NCBI GenBank assembly: GCA_964057225.1
Contig: OZ059896.1
Location: 12,400,001 to 12,464,000 of the forward strand
Origin: Auanema rhodensis
Taxonomy: Eukaryota > Animalia > Nematoda
DNA: 64,000 bases
Direction: 5' to 3'
Part shown: piece by piece, positions 48,091 through 63,346 of the stretch
Layout of the letters: every line of letters begins with the position of its first letter
Position numbering within the stretch: the stretch's first letter is position 1
Notes under the pieces: generated by a model
Database searches by the model: none
What the model was told of the DNA's origin: nothing
The model's input: the letters and a program-made list of their open reading frames with translations, nothing else
Position numbers and translations under genes: made by a program

Positions 48091-49084
48091 TTTTGATAAC
48101 TTTGTTGCTGAATAGTGAAAAAAACGAACTAAAAATAAAATAGTTCCGGCTTTAATCTGTGATGGAGAAAAAGCTCTTCTTGCTCTGAAAGTCGTTAGTT
48201 AGTCATACTTTAAATTTTCACGATGTGTTATAGAACAATGTTTTTTCTGAAATGATTGTTGTAAGATGTGATGTGCATCTTCTTGGAAACGCAGTTTTCG
48301 AATTGAAAGCAAAAAAAACTGAAAAAGAAAATACAGAGGTGTTTGTTTGGTGAGACTAAAAAAGTGTGTCACTACATTTAAAACAGTTTCATAATGACAA
48401 TACACTTCTCTTTACAGGATCCCCGTGGCAATATTTCGATGAACTGTCTGCTTGAATCGCTGGGTGAAGATCATTGGAATAAACTATTGAACAAGATTAT
48501 TAAAAAAGAAAACAAAAAAGTTTCGGAATGGTAAGGCTAAATTAAAGTAAATGAGTACTATAAATGTTCCAAGATAAGTAGTTGAAGACAAATGCTCTAT
48601 TCTTATCATTCACTAGAAACAAAACTGAGAAGCGGTCGTTTACAACAGTTTGTGAGTACGAATCTCATTGAATGCAGGAATGCTATTCTCAAAAATAGGA
48701 TCACCTCTGAAACGTCTGCTGTTCCACTGTTATCTTTCTAAACTAATGTTTATTTTTTTCAGTAGAATAGTAGAATAGTTCAGTATATGTTTTTCTACTT
48801 TTGTTGTTAGTTGGGCAGAACCGAATGCTTTGATCGATATTTTGATATAAACGTAAGCAGATAAAAGAAGTCATTATTAGATCACAAGAAATTACAGTAT
48901 GAGTTATACATTAACATATACATTAAATATACCGATTGAAATTAAATGAAATAATAATCAAATATTAGGTTTTATGCTGCTTGATAATATAGTACATGGT
49001 TATTTTCTAAGACTCAAAGTTTGGGACAAAAATCATAGTAAATCTGTGAAACATATATCAGCCGAAACAAAAAACAAAATCCGG

Positions 49085-49132
49085 CGAGATTTGAACTCGG
49101 TTCGCAGGATTCAGAGTCCTGAGTGCTAACCA
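49085..49132 (-). tRNA. Partial tRNA-Gln(CUG) with intact GTTCAAATC T-loop
   Basis: GGTTAGCACTCAGGACTCTGAATCCTGCGAACCGAGTTCAAATCTCG; acceptor stem lost. Mirror copy at 57865-57912. Confidence 0.75.
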
Positions 49133-50195
49133 TGAGATAAATTCAAGTTCAACAACATATCAGTCAATGTACAGTTAATTCCAATTTAGCGTACAAATGT
49201 TTCTGAAAAATGTCAAGATTGGAGAATCAAATAAGTGGAACGCACATTCCACATCATCAAATAATTTGCACATCAGAACCAAACTACTGTTCAGAAAACT
49301 AACAAAGAAAAAGAAACATTCTTATAAAAGACTAATTATTGATTTTAAGTAATGGCACACTAGTTAGATGCGCAGCACACTTCACACATTTATAATATTT
49401 ACATTCTTATTTTAAGTTCGATCAAGGAGGTCTTTATTTGTTACAGAACAATGATTTTTGGATGGAGTGGTTCTACAGCTTTTGCGGCATCAAAGGAAAT
49501 TCTGAAAGTGTTTAAAAATGATAAGTTAGTGTATTATTTCTCTTAGTCTTTTCTATTTTTTGAGTTCATTATCATGATTTTGCTGAATATCCTATCAATG
49601 TCTTGTTAACTGTTGTAAAATTGAAAGATGATTTCAAATACCTTTAAGTTTGTACCCAAGATGTTCTTTCACCTTGGTCAGGAAACATGAATGGGTTCAT
49701 ATCATTTTCTTAAATTTTCTTTCTGTACCATAATGCAAATTATCTTCTGCAAAATCTACGAAAAGTAAAATTGAAAAAAATTCTATTTAATGAAATTTAT
49801 CCATCTGATGAATTACTTTGTCTGAAAATTATCAGAAACTTAAACCCGAGTCAGCCAATCTAAAAGACAGGTATCTTGAGGTGATTGATTCTAGAATGTT
49901 TATAATTTAGGTGAATACATCTTTAACGAAACTGAAAAAAATGAACTGGTTTCAAATGTATTTATTCAATACATCTCTTTCAGACCAGGCCTACTGCCAT
50001 TCACGAATATGTTTTCAAGAATCAAGAACTCTTATATGTTCTTGTTGTTTAACAACAAAATTTTGAAATTGAAATGAGATAAATACTGCATATTCTTGGG
50101 AGCTGTGCCTATATTTCAAATTATTCCAGATTTGAAGATCAACTGGTTAAAATTTACTCCGTAATCCAGTGATCATTTTTATCAATTCTTGTGCT

Positions 50196-51067
50196 TCTAC
50201 TGAAAAAATAAACATTAGTTTAGAAAGATAACAGTGAAACAGCAGACGTTTCAGCGGTGATCCTATTTTTGAGAATAGCATTCCTGCATTCAATGAGATT
50301 CGTACTCACAAACTGTTGTAAACGACCGCTTCTCAGTTTTGTTTCTAGCGAATGATAAGAATAGAGCATTTGTCTTCAACTACTTATCTTGGAACATTTA
50401 TAGTACTCATTTACTTTAATTTAGCCTTTAACATTCCGAAACTTTTTTGTTTTCTTTTTTAATAATCTTGTTCAATAGTTTATTCCAATGATCTTCACCC
50501 AGCGATTCAAGCAGACCGTTCATCGAAATATTGCCATGGGGATCCTGTAAAGAGAAGTGTATTGTCATTATGAAACTGTTTTAAATGTAGTGACACACTT
50601 TTTTAGTCTCACCAAACAAACACCTCTGTATTTTCATTTTCAGTTTTTTTTGCTTTCAATTCAAAAACTGCGTTTCCAAGAAGATGCACATCACATCTTA
50701 CAACAATCATTTCAGAAAAAACATTGTTCTATAACACATCGTGAAAATTCAAAGTATGACTAACTAACGACTTTTAGAGCAAGAAGAGCTTTTTCTCCAT
50801 CACAGATTAAAGCCGGAACTATTTTATTTTTAATGATCTGAAACAAAAAATTTTCTTGTTGATTGGAATCATCCTGTTTCATTACTTGAATTGTATTATA
50901 TTTGCAATAAGAAGAGTGATGAGCAAATCACACAAATCAAAAGTTGTGTCATAAAAGAAAGAACAACCTAATCCTCCTGGAAATAAGCCGTTATCATCTG
51001 TCTTTGCAAGCAAATTATCTGAAACACTTTTTTTTATGAAGCACATTACTTTCCTTTCTGTCTTCAC
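50196..51067 (-). pseudogene. MULE/Mutator-like transposase remnant
   Basis: YDTTFDL and ICDGEKAL catalytic-Asp motifs. Part is duplicated in inverted form at 48130-48766; mirror at 55930-56801. Confidence 0.55.
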
Positions 51068-51629
51068 AGGTGAGAATAGAAGTTAATTCAACTCATTATC
51101 CTATATTCAGATTGAGTGTACTAGAAAATATGCATATAGAGCTATTTGAGAAAATAATGACAACAGCAAAAACAAAATACGATGAACTTTCTTCGAAGCA
51201 GCATTTAAGTATGGAATTCGAAGTTGGTGCTGCAACAAAAAAAATAAAATTCACCAAAATAAGTAAAAAAAATGAACACAGAGGAATTTCGCAAATTTAT
51301 CAGTTAGTTAAGAACATCTTCAATTTAAAAATACTTATCTTTAAGTGAACCCTTCTACGATGAAGATTCAAGCTCACGCTATTCTGATGTATCAAGACTA
51401 TTCAAAACTATAATATCGACACAAATTTTGAGAAGTAATAACAGTTTAATTCATAATAAACAAAAAATCAGTCAATGTTCAGTTAATTCAGATTGTGACG
51501 TACAGATCTTTTCAGAAAATGTCAACATTGGAAAGTCAAAAATCAGGAACCACAACATCACAACAAACCGTGACAGAGCCAAAGAGCTATCGGCAGAACT
51601 CGGATCACAAGGTCGAGCTAAGACAACTG

Positions 51630-52140
51630 CTATGGGAAATTAAGGAATGTGCTCAAGGTACGCTCATTGATAATTACTGGACTAGAGTGAGAATGTTACC
51701 TAGTTTTGAAAAGTTATTGGGAGAATCTAATACCTCTTTAGATAAACACATAGATGCTTTTAATGAACAGTATCCCAAAGAAAGGTGGATTGAACAACAC
51801 CGAGGGCGATTTTTAAGGGATTCGTTGAGGGGAATAGTCCTGCAGACTTTTGATGCTGCTATAGCAGAAAGTCTGGATGCTCGCATTGCAACTTTTAAAA
51901 CAGCGATGTTGGACCGAAAAAGAACAGCGAGATACAAAACCGCTAAAAACTTGGATAAGCTCACTATGTACAACTACAACGTACTAGGGTATTGCACAAG
52001 ACTGGAAGAGCTTTATATGAAAGTATATCCAGAGGTAGTAGACGTCAGCTCTTCCCATGATCTAGCGATGAGGTTATTTAGGCAGATTGAAAACTGGCCA
52101 CATGCTGCAGCAATCCAAAATTGGATTGCAAGATACTGTT
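51630..52140 (+). pseudogene. LTR-retrotransposon Gag-like fragment
   Basis: F.E.YP...W......FL...LRG and YC.RLE.L...YP capsid-like pattern. Mirror at ~54410-54920. Confidence 0.55.
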
Positions 52141-53284
52141 CGAAGGCAGAAAAAATCATAGTGTGGTGGATAAAACTTTCGAATCATTTTCTTGAGTTGT
52201 ACAGATACGGTGTTACCCTGTTAATAGGTCGAGCCCGTTTTGTACAAAAAAATGAAAACTCGTTTAACCCGTATGACTAATGTCCGTACGGTGAACAGAA
52301 GTAATGATTAAGCATAAAAAATAACAAAGTTTACAAGAGAATGTTGGAAAAATCTATTCAATGAATTAAAGTAATAAAATAAAACCTTGGAAAACAATAG
52401 CAGACTTCTCAGAGAGAAATCAATCAACAACAAAGAAGTGTTACAATCAGAAATGGCACAAAATAAAAAATATTTCAACTACTTGAATTGGTTAAAAAAA
52501 CTACCTTCAAGAAATTGTAATGACTGGAATGGATGTTCTTTGTTTCGTGTAGACATGACTTTTATCATTTTTATCATAAATAAGTCATTAACCTGAATTT
52601 ATTTGTTTTTTATTTCTATTTCGTGTATTGTACCGTTGTTCATTTTTCTTTGTGCATGTTTCAATTCTATCTTTTACTATAGCGAAAGTGCTTTCCTTTT
52701 GTATCAGTGATCTATTAACACAATCTTCTGTAGAATTGGTTGGTTCTTCAGTTTGGAGATTATTTGCAGGCAAGTGGTGGTCAATTGGAAGTCTTACATC
52801 CCGACCAAATAATACTATGTATGGACTAATAAATGTTGATAAGTTTGGTAACGTCTTTTTTATTATTTTTCTTTTTTTTGTATTATTTGTCAGCGTATAA
52901 CTAATACTGTATTTTTTTGTGTTATGATAATGAATTCTTTTATCTCTTTACGTTATTTTTAAAATATTGATCGAAGCATTCGGTTTTGCCCGAAAAAAAA
53001 AAAAGAGAAGAACATATATATATATCGAACATAAAAAGTGCAAAAAAGTCGTTATATCATTAACTTTACTTTACTGCTCGAATTTGTGTTTCTTAAAATT
53101 TGAGCCTGAGTAATGAGTTTTGATTTCAAATTTGGTTATTGAAAATCAAAGCGCCTTACATCTACCGACTAAATCAGCAAAAAGATTTTGTAGCTGTTCA
53201 TTCCGAACAGCCTCCACTGTATCCATGTGCTCTGACATTGTCCCTGGAAATTTTTTTCTGCTTATAGTCTATCCAAACAATTAA

Positions 53285-54010
53285 TCCACACGACACGACA
53301 GTAGCAAGAAAAAGGTTTGTAATTAGATTTGTTTTCATATATGGACCACCAATGAGTATGGTGACCGATAATGGTAGTAGCTTTTAGTCTTCTGAATTTC
53401 AAGCTATGTGTAAGCAATTTAGAATTAAATACACTACTACACTGCCATACTATTAAAATGCTGATGGACAATTTGAAAGACTTCATAAAACTTTAGAAAA
53501 AGCTGTCATTTCATTCGTGAATGAACAACAAACTAACTGGGATTTACACCTACCCAAAGTTATGTTTGCAATCAAGACGTTACCAAACTCATCAACATCT
53601 ATTAGTCCATACATAGTATTATTTGGTCGGGATGCAAGACTTCCTATTGACCACTACTTGCCTGGAAATAATCTCCAAACTGAAGAACCAGTCAATTCTA
53701 CAGAAGGTTTTGTCAATAGATCACTAATACAAAAGGAAAGCACTTCTGCTATAGTAAAAGATAGAATTGAAACATGCACAGAGAAAAATGAACAACGGTA
53801 CAATACACGAAATAGAAATAAGAAATAAATAAATTCAGGTTAATGAGTTAGTTATGATAAAAGTGATAAAAGTCATATCTACACGAAACAAACTAACACC
53901 TTCATTCGAAAGGCCTTATTTAGTTGCAGCAGTTCAAAGGTCGTTCGTCGTGGTTCGAACCATTACAGGAAAAAACAGGAAAGTACACAAGGATTTTGTC
54001 AAACCTTACT
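53285..54010 (+). pseudogene. Gypsy integrase core and GPY/F fragment at the palindrome centre
   Basis: YGPP..MVTDNG..F, ADGQFERLHKTL, WDLHLP and FERPY motifs. Confidence 0.85.
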
Positions 54011-57000
54011 AACGTACAACATCCATTCTAGTCATCACAATTTCTCGAAGGTAGATTTTTTTGACCAATTCAAATTGTTGAAATATTTTTTATTTTGTAC
54101 CATTTCTGATTGTAACACTTTTTTGTTGTTGATTGATTTTTCTCTGAGAAGTCTGCTATTGTTTTCCAAGGTTTTGTTCTATTACTTCAATTCATTGATT
54201 AGATTTTTCCAACATTCTCTTGTAAACTTTGTTATTTGTTATGCTTAATCATTACTTGTATTCACCTTGTGGACATTAGTCATATGGGTCAAACGAGTTT
54301 TCATTTTTTGTACAGAACGGGCTCGACCTATTCACAGGGTAAGACCGTACCTGTACAACTCAAGAAAATGATTCGAAAGTTTTATCCACCACACTATGAT
54401 TTTTTCTGCCTTCGAACAGTATCTTGCAATCCAATTTTGGATTGCTGCAGCATGTGGCCAGTTTTCAATCTGCCTAAATAACCTCATCGCTAGATCATGG
54501 GACGAGCTGACGTCTACTACCTCTGGATATACTTTCATATAAAGCTCTTCCAGTCTTGTGCAATACCCTAGTACGTTGTAGTTGTACATAGTGAGCTTAT
54601 CCAAGTTTTTAGCGGTTTTGTATCTCGCTGTTCTTTTTCGGTCCAACATCGCTGTTTTAAAAGTTGCAATGCGAGCATCCAGACTTTCTGCTATAGCAGC
54701 ATCAAAAGTCTGCAGGACTATTCCCCTCAACGAATCCCTTAAAAATCGCCCTCGGTGTTGTTCAATCCACCTTTCTTTGGGATACTGTTCATTAAAAGCA
54801 TCTATGTGTTTATCTAAAGAGGTATTAGATTCTCCAAAAAACTTTTCAAGACTAGGTAACATTCTCACTCTAGTCCAGTAATCATCAATGAGCGTACCTT
54901 GAGCACATTCCTTAATTTCCCATGCAGTTGTCTTAGCTCGACCTTGTGATCCGAATCCTGCCGATAGCTCTTTGGCTCTGTCACGGTCTGTTGTGATGTT
55001 GTGGTTCCTGATTTTTGACTTTCCAATGTTGACATTTTCTGAAAAGATCTGTACGTCACAATCTGAATATTGAACATTGACTGATTTTTTGCTTATCATG
55101 AATTAAACTGTTATTATTTCTCGAAATTTGTGTTGATATTATAGTTTTGAATGATTTCATTGTTGATGAAATCTTTTTTAAAAATATCAAGCTGGTGGTG
55201 TTTGTCATGATTTTTGACTTTCCAATGTTGACATTTTCTAAAAAGATCTGTACGTCTAAAGAGGTATTAGATTCTCCCAATAACTTTTCAAAACTAGGTA
55301 ACATTCTCACTCTAGTCCAGTAATTATCAATGAGCGTACCTTGAGCACATTCCTTAATTTCCCATAGCAGTTGTCTTAGCTCGACCTTGTGATCCGAGTT
55401 CTGCCGATAGCTCTTTGGCTCTGTCACGGTTTGTTGTGATGTTGTGGTTCCTGATTTTTGACTTTCCAATGTTGACATTTTCTGAAAAGATCTGTACGTC
55501 ACAATCTGAATTAACTGAACATTGACTGATTTTTTGTTTATTATGAATTAAACTGTTATTACTTCTCAAAATTTGTGTCGATATTATAGTTTTGAATAGT
55601 CTTGATACATCAGAATAGCGTGAGCTTGAATCTTCATCGTAGAAGGGTTCACTTAAAGATAAGTATTTTTAAATTGAAGATGTTCTTAACTAACTGATAA
55701 ATTTGCGAAATTCCTCTGTGTTCATTTTTTTTACTTATTTTGGTGAATTTTATTTTTTTTGTTGCAGCACCAACTTCGAATTCCATACTTAAATACTGCT
55801 TCGAAGAAAGTTCATCGTATTTTGTTTTTGCTGTTGTCATTATTTTCTCAAATAGCTCTATATGCATATTTTCTAGTACACTCAATCTGAATATAGGATA
55901 ATGAGTTGAATTAACTTCTATTCTCACCTGTGAAGACAGAAAGGAAAGTAATGTGCTTCATAAAAAAAAGTGTTTCAGATAATTTGCTTGCAAAGACAGA
56001 TGATAACGGCTTATTTCCAGGAGGATTAGGTTGTTCTTTCTTTTATGACACAACTTTTGATTTGTGTGATTTGCTCATCACTCTTCTTATTGCAAATATA
56101 ATACAATTCAAGTAATGAAACAGGATGATTCCAATCAACAAGAAAATTTTTTGTTTCAGATCATTAAAAATAAAATAGTTCCGGCTTTAATCTGTGATGG
56201 AGAAAAAGCTCTTCTTGCTCTAAAAGTCGTTAGTTAGTCATACTTTGAATTTTCACGATGTGTTATAGAACAATGTTTTTTCTGAAATGATTGTTGTAAG
56301 ATGTGATGTGCATCTTCTTGGAAACGCAGTTTTCGAATTGAAAGCAAAAAAAACTGAAAATGAAAATACAGAGGTGTTTGTTTGGTGAGACTAAAAAAGT
56401 GTGTCACTACATTTAAAACAGTTTCATAATGACAATACACTTCTCTTTACAGGATCCCCATGGCAATATTTCGATGAACGGTCTGCTTGAATCGCTGGGT
56501 GAAGATCATTGGAATAAACTATTGAACAAGATTATTAAAAAAGAAAACAAAAAAGTTTCGGAATGTTAAAGGCTAAATTAAAGTAAATGAGTACTATAAA
56601 TGTTCCAAGATAAGTAGTTGAAGACAAATGCTCTATTCTTATCATTCGCTAGAAACAAAACTGAGAAGCGGTCGTTTACAACAGTTTGTGAGTACGAATC
56701 TCATTGAATGCAGGAATGCTATTCTCAAAAATAGGATCACCGCTGAAACGTCTGCTGTTTCACTGTTATCTTTCTAAACTAATGTTTATTTTTTCAGTAG
56801 AAGCACAAGAATTGATAAAAATGATCACTGGATTACGGAGTAAATTTTAACCAGTTGATCTTCAAATCTGGAATAATTTGAAATATAGGCACAGCTCCCA
56901 AGAATATGCAGTATTTATCTCATTTCAATTTCAAAATTTTGTTGTTAAACAACAAGAACATATAAGAGTTCTTGATTCTTGAAAACATATTCGTGAATGG

Positions 57001-59505
57001 CAGTAGGCCTGGTCTGAAAGAGATGTATTGAATAAATACATTTGAAACCAGTTCATTTTTTTCAGTTTCGTTAAAGATGTATTCACCTAAATTATAAACA
57101 TTCTAGAATCAATCACCTCAAGATACCTGTCTTTCAGATTGGCTGACTCGGGTTTAAGTTTCTGATAATTTTCAGACAAAGTAATTCATCAGATGGATAA
57201 ATTTCATTAAATAGAATTTTTTTCAATTTTACTTTTCGTAGATTTTGCAGAAGATAATTTGCATTATGGTACAGAAAGAAAATTTAAGAAAATGATATGA
57301 ACCCATTCATGTTTCCTGACCAAGGTGAAAGAACATCTTGGGTACAAACTTAAAGATATTTGAAATCATCTTTCAATTTTACAACAGTTAACAAGACATT
57401 GATAGGATATTCAGCAAAATCATGATAATGAACTCAAAAAATAGAAAAGACTAAGAGAAATAATACACTAACTTATCATTTTTAAACACTTTCAGAATTT
57501 CCTTTGATGCCGCAAAAGCTGTAGAACCACTCCATCCAAAAATCATTGTTCTGTAACAAATAAAGACCTCCTTGATCGAACTTAAAATAAGAATGTAAAT
57601 ATTATAAATGTGTGAAGTGTGCTGCGCATCTAACTAGTGTGCCATTACTTAAAATCAATAATTAGTCTTTTATAAGAATGTTTCTTTTTCTTTGTTAGTT
57701 TTCTGAACAGTAGTTTGGTTCTGATGTGCAAATTATTTGATGATGTGGAATGTGCGTTCCACTTATTTGATTCTCCAATCTTGACATTTTTCAGAAACAT
57801 TTGTACGCTAAATTGGAATTAACTGTACATTGACTGATATGTTGTTGAACTTGAATTTATCTCATGGTTAGCACTCAGGACTCTGAATCCTGCGAACCGA
57901 GTTCAAATCTCGCCGGATTTTGTTTTTTGTTTCGGCTGATATATGTTTCACAGATTTACTATGATTTTTGTCCCAAACTTTGAGTCTTAGAAAATAACCA
58001 TGTACTATATTATCAAGCAGCATAAAACCTAATATTTGATTATTATTTCATTTAATTTCAATCGGTATATTTAATGTATATGTTAATGTATAACTCATAC
58101 TGTAATTTCTTGTGATCTAATAATGACTTCTTTTATCTGCTTACGTTTATATCAAAATATCGATCAAAGCATTCGGTTCTGCCCAACTAACAACAAAAGT
58201 AGAAAAACATATACTGAACTATTCTACTATTCTACTGAAAAAAATAAACATTAGTTTAGAAAGATAACAGTGGAACAGCAGACGTTTCAGAGGTGATCCT
58301 ATTTTTGAGAATAGCATTCCTGCATTCAATGAGATTCGTACTCACAAACTGTTGTAAACGACCGCTTCTCAGTTTTGTTTCTAGTGAATGATAAGAATAG
58401 AGCATTTGTCTTCAACTACTTATCTTGGAACATTTATAGTACTCATTTACTTTAATTTAGCCTTACCATTCCGAAACTTTTTTGTTTTCTTTTTTAATAA
58501 TCTTGTTCAATAGTTTATTCCAATGATCTTCACCCAGCGATTCAAGCAGACAGTTCATCGAAATATTGCCACGGGGATCCTGTAAAGAGAAGTGTATTGT
58601 CATTATGAAACTGTTTTAAATGTAGTGACACACTTTTTTAGTCTCACCAAACAAACACCTCTGTATTTTCTTTTTCAGTTTTTTTTGCTTTCAATTCGAA
58701 AACTGCGTTTCCAAGAAGATGCACATCACATCTTACAACAATCATTTCAGAAAAAACATTGTTCTATAACACATCGTGAAAATTTAAAGTATGACTAACT
58801 AACGACTTTCAGAGCAAGAAGAGCTTTTTCTCCATCACAGATTAAAGCCGGAACTATTTTATTTTTAGTTCGTTTTTTTCACTATTCAGCAACAAAGTTA
58901 TCAAAAATGTTTCACAGATTTACTATGATTTTTGTCCCAAACTTTGAGTCTTAGAAAATAACCATGTACTACATTATCAAGCAGCATAAAACCTAATATT
59001 TGATTATTATTTCATTCAATTTCAATCGGTATATTTAATGTATATGTTAATGTATAACTCATAATGTAATTTCTTGTGATCTAATAATGACTTCTTTTAT
59101 CTGCTTACGTTTATATCAAAATATCGATCAAAGCATTCGGTTCTGCCCAACTAACAACAAAAGTAGAAAAACATATATAATATTTCGAATATAAAAAGTG
59201 TGGAAGAGTCGTTGTGTCATTAATATTAGTTTTACTGCCCAAAACTGTGTTTTTTAAAATTCGAGCTGGAGTAATGAATTTTAATTCCGAACTTGGTTGT
59301 TAAAAATAAAAAGAGGATTTTCTTATTTGACTACTACAACAGTAACAAACTTGGAGAACAGCAATAACCTGAGTTCCAACTTCAAAAAACTCAAAATTTT
59401 GAAATCTCTTCTTGCTCATATTGTTCATAAATTCTTCCCTTTTGTTTTAAACAAGAAGGAAGATCAAATCTCATATATGGCAATTCTTTTGTGACAGATT
59501 ACAGT

Positions 59506-59576
59506 GGTTCCGTGGTGTAGTGGTCAACACTTAGGACTCTGAATGCTCGACCCCAGTTTAAATCATGGCGGAACTT
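59506..59576 (+). tRNA. tRNA-Gln(CUG)-like pseudogene (mirror of 47421-47491)
   Basis: GGTTCCGTGGTGTAGTGGTCAACACTTAGGACTCTGAATGC... Confidence 0.7.
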
Positions 59577-62500
59577 TCTAGTTTTGTTTTTTGTTTCGGG
59601 CGATATATGTTTCAAAGATTTCCTTTGGTTTATGTCCGAAATATCAAGTCGTGAAACACATCTAAACTACACTATCAAGCAGCTTGAAACTTAATATTTG
59701 TTTATTTTTCTTTCCATTTCCAATCGATTTTTCTCACTGTCAAATCTGCCAGCGCATGCTAAACATATACGAGCTATTCAAATGATCAAAACCTAAAACA
59801 GCCACGCCTATAAAATGAGACACATATAACAAGGTTTCATTTTTGCTCCAATCCATGTCCGTTGCTTTAGAGCTAGAGAGCCGTGTAAAATTTAATAACT
59901 ACGCCCCCAAACAGCTGTCAAAAGTATACTTTGGACGGCGTCAGCTGCTAAAAACATATTTTTGGGGGCGCATAAGCTGTCAAATTTATTGTAACAAGTG
60001 AACTTCTCAAAATAAAAGAAAAGATGAACATATTAGAATAGTTTAACATTTTATTTTACTATACAAACCAATACAAAATCTCTATCGAGCACACATTGAA
60101 TGTTTATATCATAAGATTAACAAACAGTTGCGCTGACCTCAACGCGACACATATCGAGGGTTAATTTAATGAACATTAATAACTGCGTTACATACTAATT
60201 TTTCCCGTCTTTTCATGGTCGGAAGATATATATACTTCTACCACGTTCCTAAGGTAGGCAGAGCCGATTTACATTAAGAAAGATGATAAAAAGATATAAT
60301 AAAGTAATAAAATATAGAATCTATTGAGATGAGACTCACATGGCTATAAGACCACCTATCTGGGTCAGGCCAGAAGCAAGAGTGCCATGTGTCTCCCATG
60401 TTGTAGGCGTGATATTTAATTATCGACAACCGTTTTATTCATCCCGTTGTTCAAAAACAAAATAAATAAGTTTACTTTTCAAGATAGTTGGATGTTGAAA
60501 AAAAAAATTAAGGTGTAGTGGATAAAAATTTCAAAAAATGTATACAATAAGTTTTGAAAGTTTAGCTATTGTCTCTTCAAGTTTGTTGAATTCGAAAAGT
60601 AGTATTGAGTAGATTCTATTCCAAATAGTTGAGTAGTGAAATGCTTGCAAACGAGGTTTTGCTTCTCAACCATTTGACTTTGATATTCGATCATTTTCTT
60701 GAGTTGTACAGATACGGTGTTACCCTGTTAATAGGTCGAGCCCGTTCTGTACAAAAAAATGAAAACTCGTTTAACCCGTATGACTAATGTCCGTACGGTG
60801 AACAGAAGTAATGATTAAGCATAAAAAATAACAAAGTTTACAAGAGAATGTTGGAAAAATCTATTCAATGAATTAAAGTAATAAAATAAAACCTTGGAAA
60901 ACAATAGCAGACTTCTCAGAGAGAAATCAATCAACAACAAAGAAGTGTTACAATCAGAAATGGCACAAAATAAAAAATATTTCAACTACTTGAATTGGTT
61001 AAAAAAACTACCTTCAAGAAATTGTAATGACTGGAATGGATGTTCTTTGTTTCGTGTAGACATGACTTTTATCATTTTTATCATAACTAAGTCATTAACC
61101 TGAATTTATTTGTTTTTTATTTCTATTTCGTGTATTGTACCGTTGTTCATTTTTCTTTGTGCATGTTTCAATTCTATCTTTTACTATAGCGAAAGTGCTT
61201 TCCTTTTGTATCAGTGATCTATTAACACAATCTTCTGTAGAATTGGTTGGTTCTTCAGTTTGGAGATTATTTGCAGGCAAGTGGTGGTCAATTGGAAGTC
61301 TTACATCCCGACCAAATAATACTATGTATGGACTAATAAATGTTGATAAGTTTGGTAACGTCTTGATTGCAAACATAACTTTGGGTAGGTGTAAATCCCA
61401 GTTAGTTTGTTGTTCATTCACGAATGAAGAGTTCATTTTTCTTTGTGCATGCGAGATTGTAACTTAGTTGTAATTTCAGATATTGGTTCAAGAAGAGTTT
61501 TCAAATCGAAAATAATATCCCATTCTTTCTTGGTAATCGATGGGTGACTACTGCACAAATTTTTTTTAAAAATAAAAAAAACAGCTAACTTTTCATTTCT
61601 TTCTGAAAAAACTCTCAATTTCTTCTCGAAAATTTTTTTGAAAACCTTTGAGAGAATTTTTGCAGGAATGTCTTGAAAACTTTCTTTAATGTTGAAACGG
61701 TCAGTACTACTACGACGTAGTTTTTCAATAATTTTTCTTATTTTTTTAATTCAATCAAAACTGGATCTTTTATAAGATATTTAAGCATTCTGATAAACAT
61801 TCTGATAAATACGTATTATCGTATCTGTTTAGTAATGTTTACCATATGTTCCATCTTTAATGAAAGAGCGTATTTTTCTGCTATCAATATTGAAAGAAGT
61901 CAAAGTATTTTTCAAGCAGCAGTGAAGATTATTAGCATTAGCGGACCACTTTTATTAGCGGACCACTTTTTAACGGGCTCAGCTCGCAATAGGAAATACT
62001 CAGGTTGACAGCTTCCAATATTCAGAAAATGAAAAGTTACCGCAAGCATACTGTGCTTGCTGTCAGCACTGTTCCAGCCATCGATTGAAACGTTGAACGA
62101 TTGAACATTCTGAATAATTGATTGAATCTTCCCTCTGAACTCATTATAAAAATTTGGAATCATTGTTCTCGAGTACTATGTTCTGGATTTTAATTCAATA
62201 CTATAATAAAAAGATTAAATGAAAAATAATTAACTCTCACGTAGGAGTTATAGTTTTCAACAAATTCTTAAATCCAGCATTTCTACAATAATGAAAGGTC
62301 TGGCATCAATTTATCGTTACTTCTTTCACTACATTTTTTTTCTAAAACATTATATCAAATGAAAAATTATGGTGTAGTGGATAAAATTTTAAAAAATATA
62401 TACAATAAGTTTTGAAAGTTTGGCTATTGTCTCTTCAAATTTGAAATCCATCAACAACACAAAAGTGTTACAATCAGAAATGGCACAAAATAAAAAAAAT

Positions 62501-62857
62501 TCAACAATTTGATTTTGTTAAAAAAACAACCTTCAAAAAGTTGTGATAACCGAAATAGATGTTGTCCGTTGGTAAGGTTTGACAAAGTCCTTGTGTACTC
62601 TTCTGCTTTTTTCTTTATATGTTTGAACCACGACGAAAGATGGTTGAACTGATGTAACTAAATAAGGCCCTTCGAAGGAAGGTGTTAGTTTGTTTCGGAT
62701 TTCTGAAAGAATTCATGATTTTTTTAAAAATTAAATTTAAATTTTTTCTTCTCAAGTGTATGTGTATAATTATATTTTTAATCATTTTTAAATATATTAA
62801 GTTTGAATTTAAATTTCAAATTTTCAAATTTTTTTTAAAGTTTAAATATTTAAATTA

Positions 62858-63346
62858 TAATAAGTTGGTCGGAAAGTAATGACGTTTTTTTCGATTGTAT
62901 TCGATCAAAAAAAATTATGAACACATGAATCATTATATAAAAGAAAAATTAATAATAATAAGTATTATTATATGTTATGAATTCTTATTTATATTTTTCT
63001 GAACAGTAGATTAATTCTGAGTTTTTTTATAGCTTTTTGAAATCATGCTAGAGAAGAGAAATTTAAGAGCAATTTTTTGTATGAGTTCAAAATAGGACGT
63101 AAAGCTGTTGAAGCAGCTGAAAGAATCAACGTTGCCTTTGGCGAAAGGACTTGTTCTGTACGCATGGTGCAGAGATGGTTCAAGAATTTCAAAGAGGGAA
63201 ATGAGAGCTTGGAAGATGATGATCGGTCCGGACGACCTGCTGCCGTTGATGCACAAGTTCTGAAAAACTTTGTTAAAGCAGACCCGTGCAGTTCCACCAG
63301 AAGTCTAGCAGAAGATCTAGGAATATCTCACACAACAGTGTTAGAG
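62858..63346 (+). mobile_element. Mariner 5' half (mirror copy)
   Basis: Mirror of 43651-44139. Confidence 0.9.
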
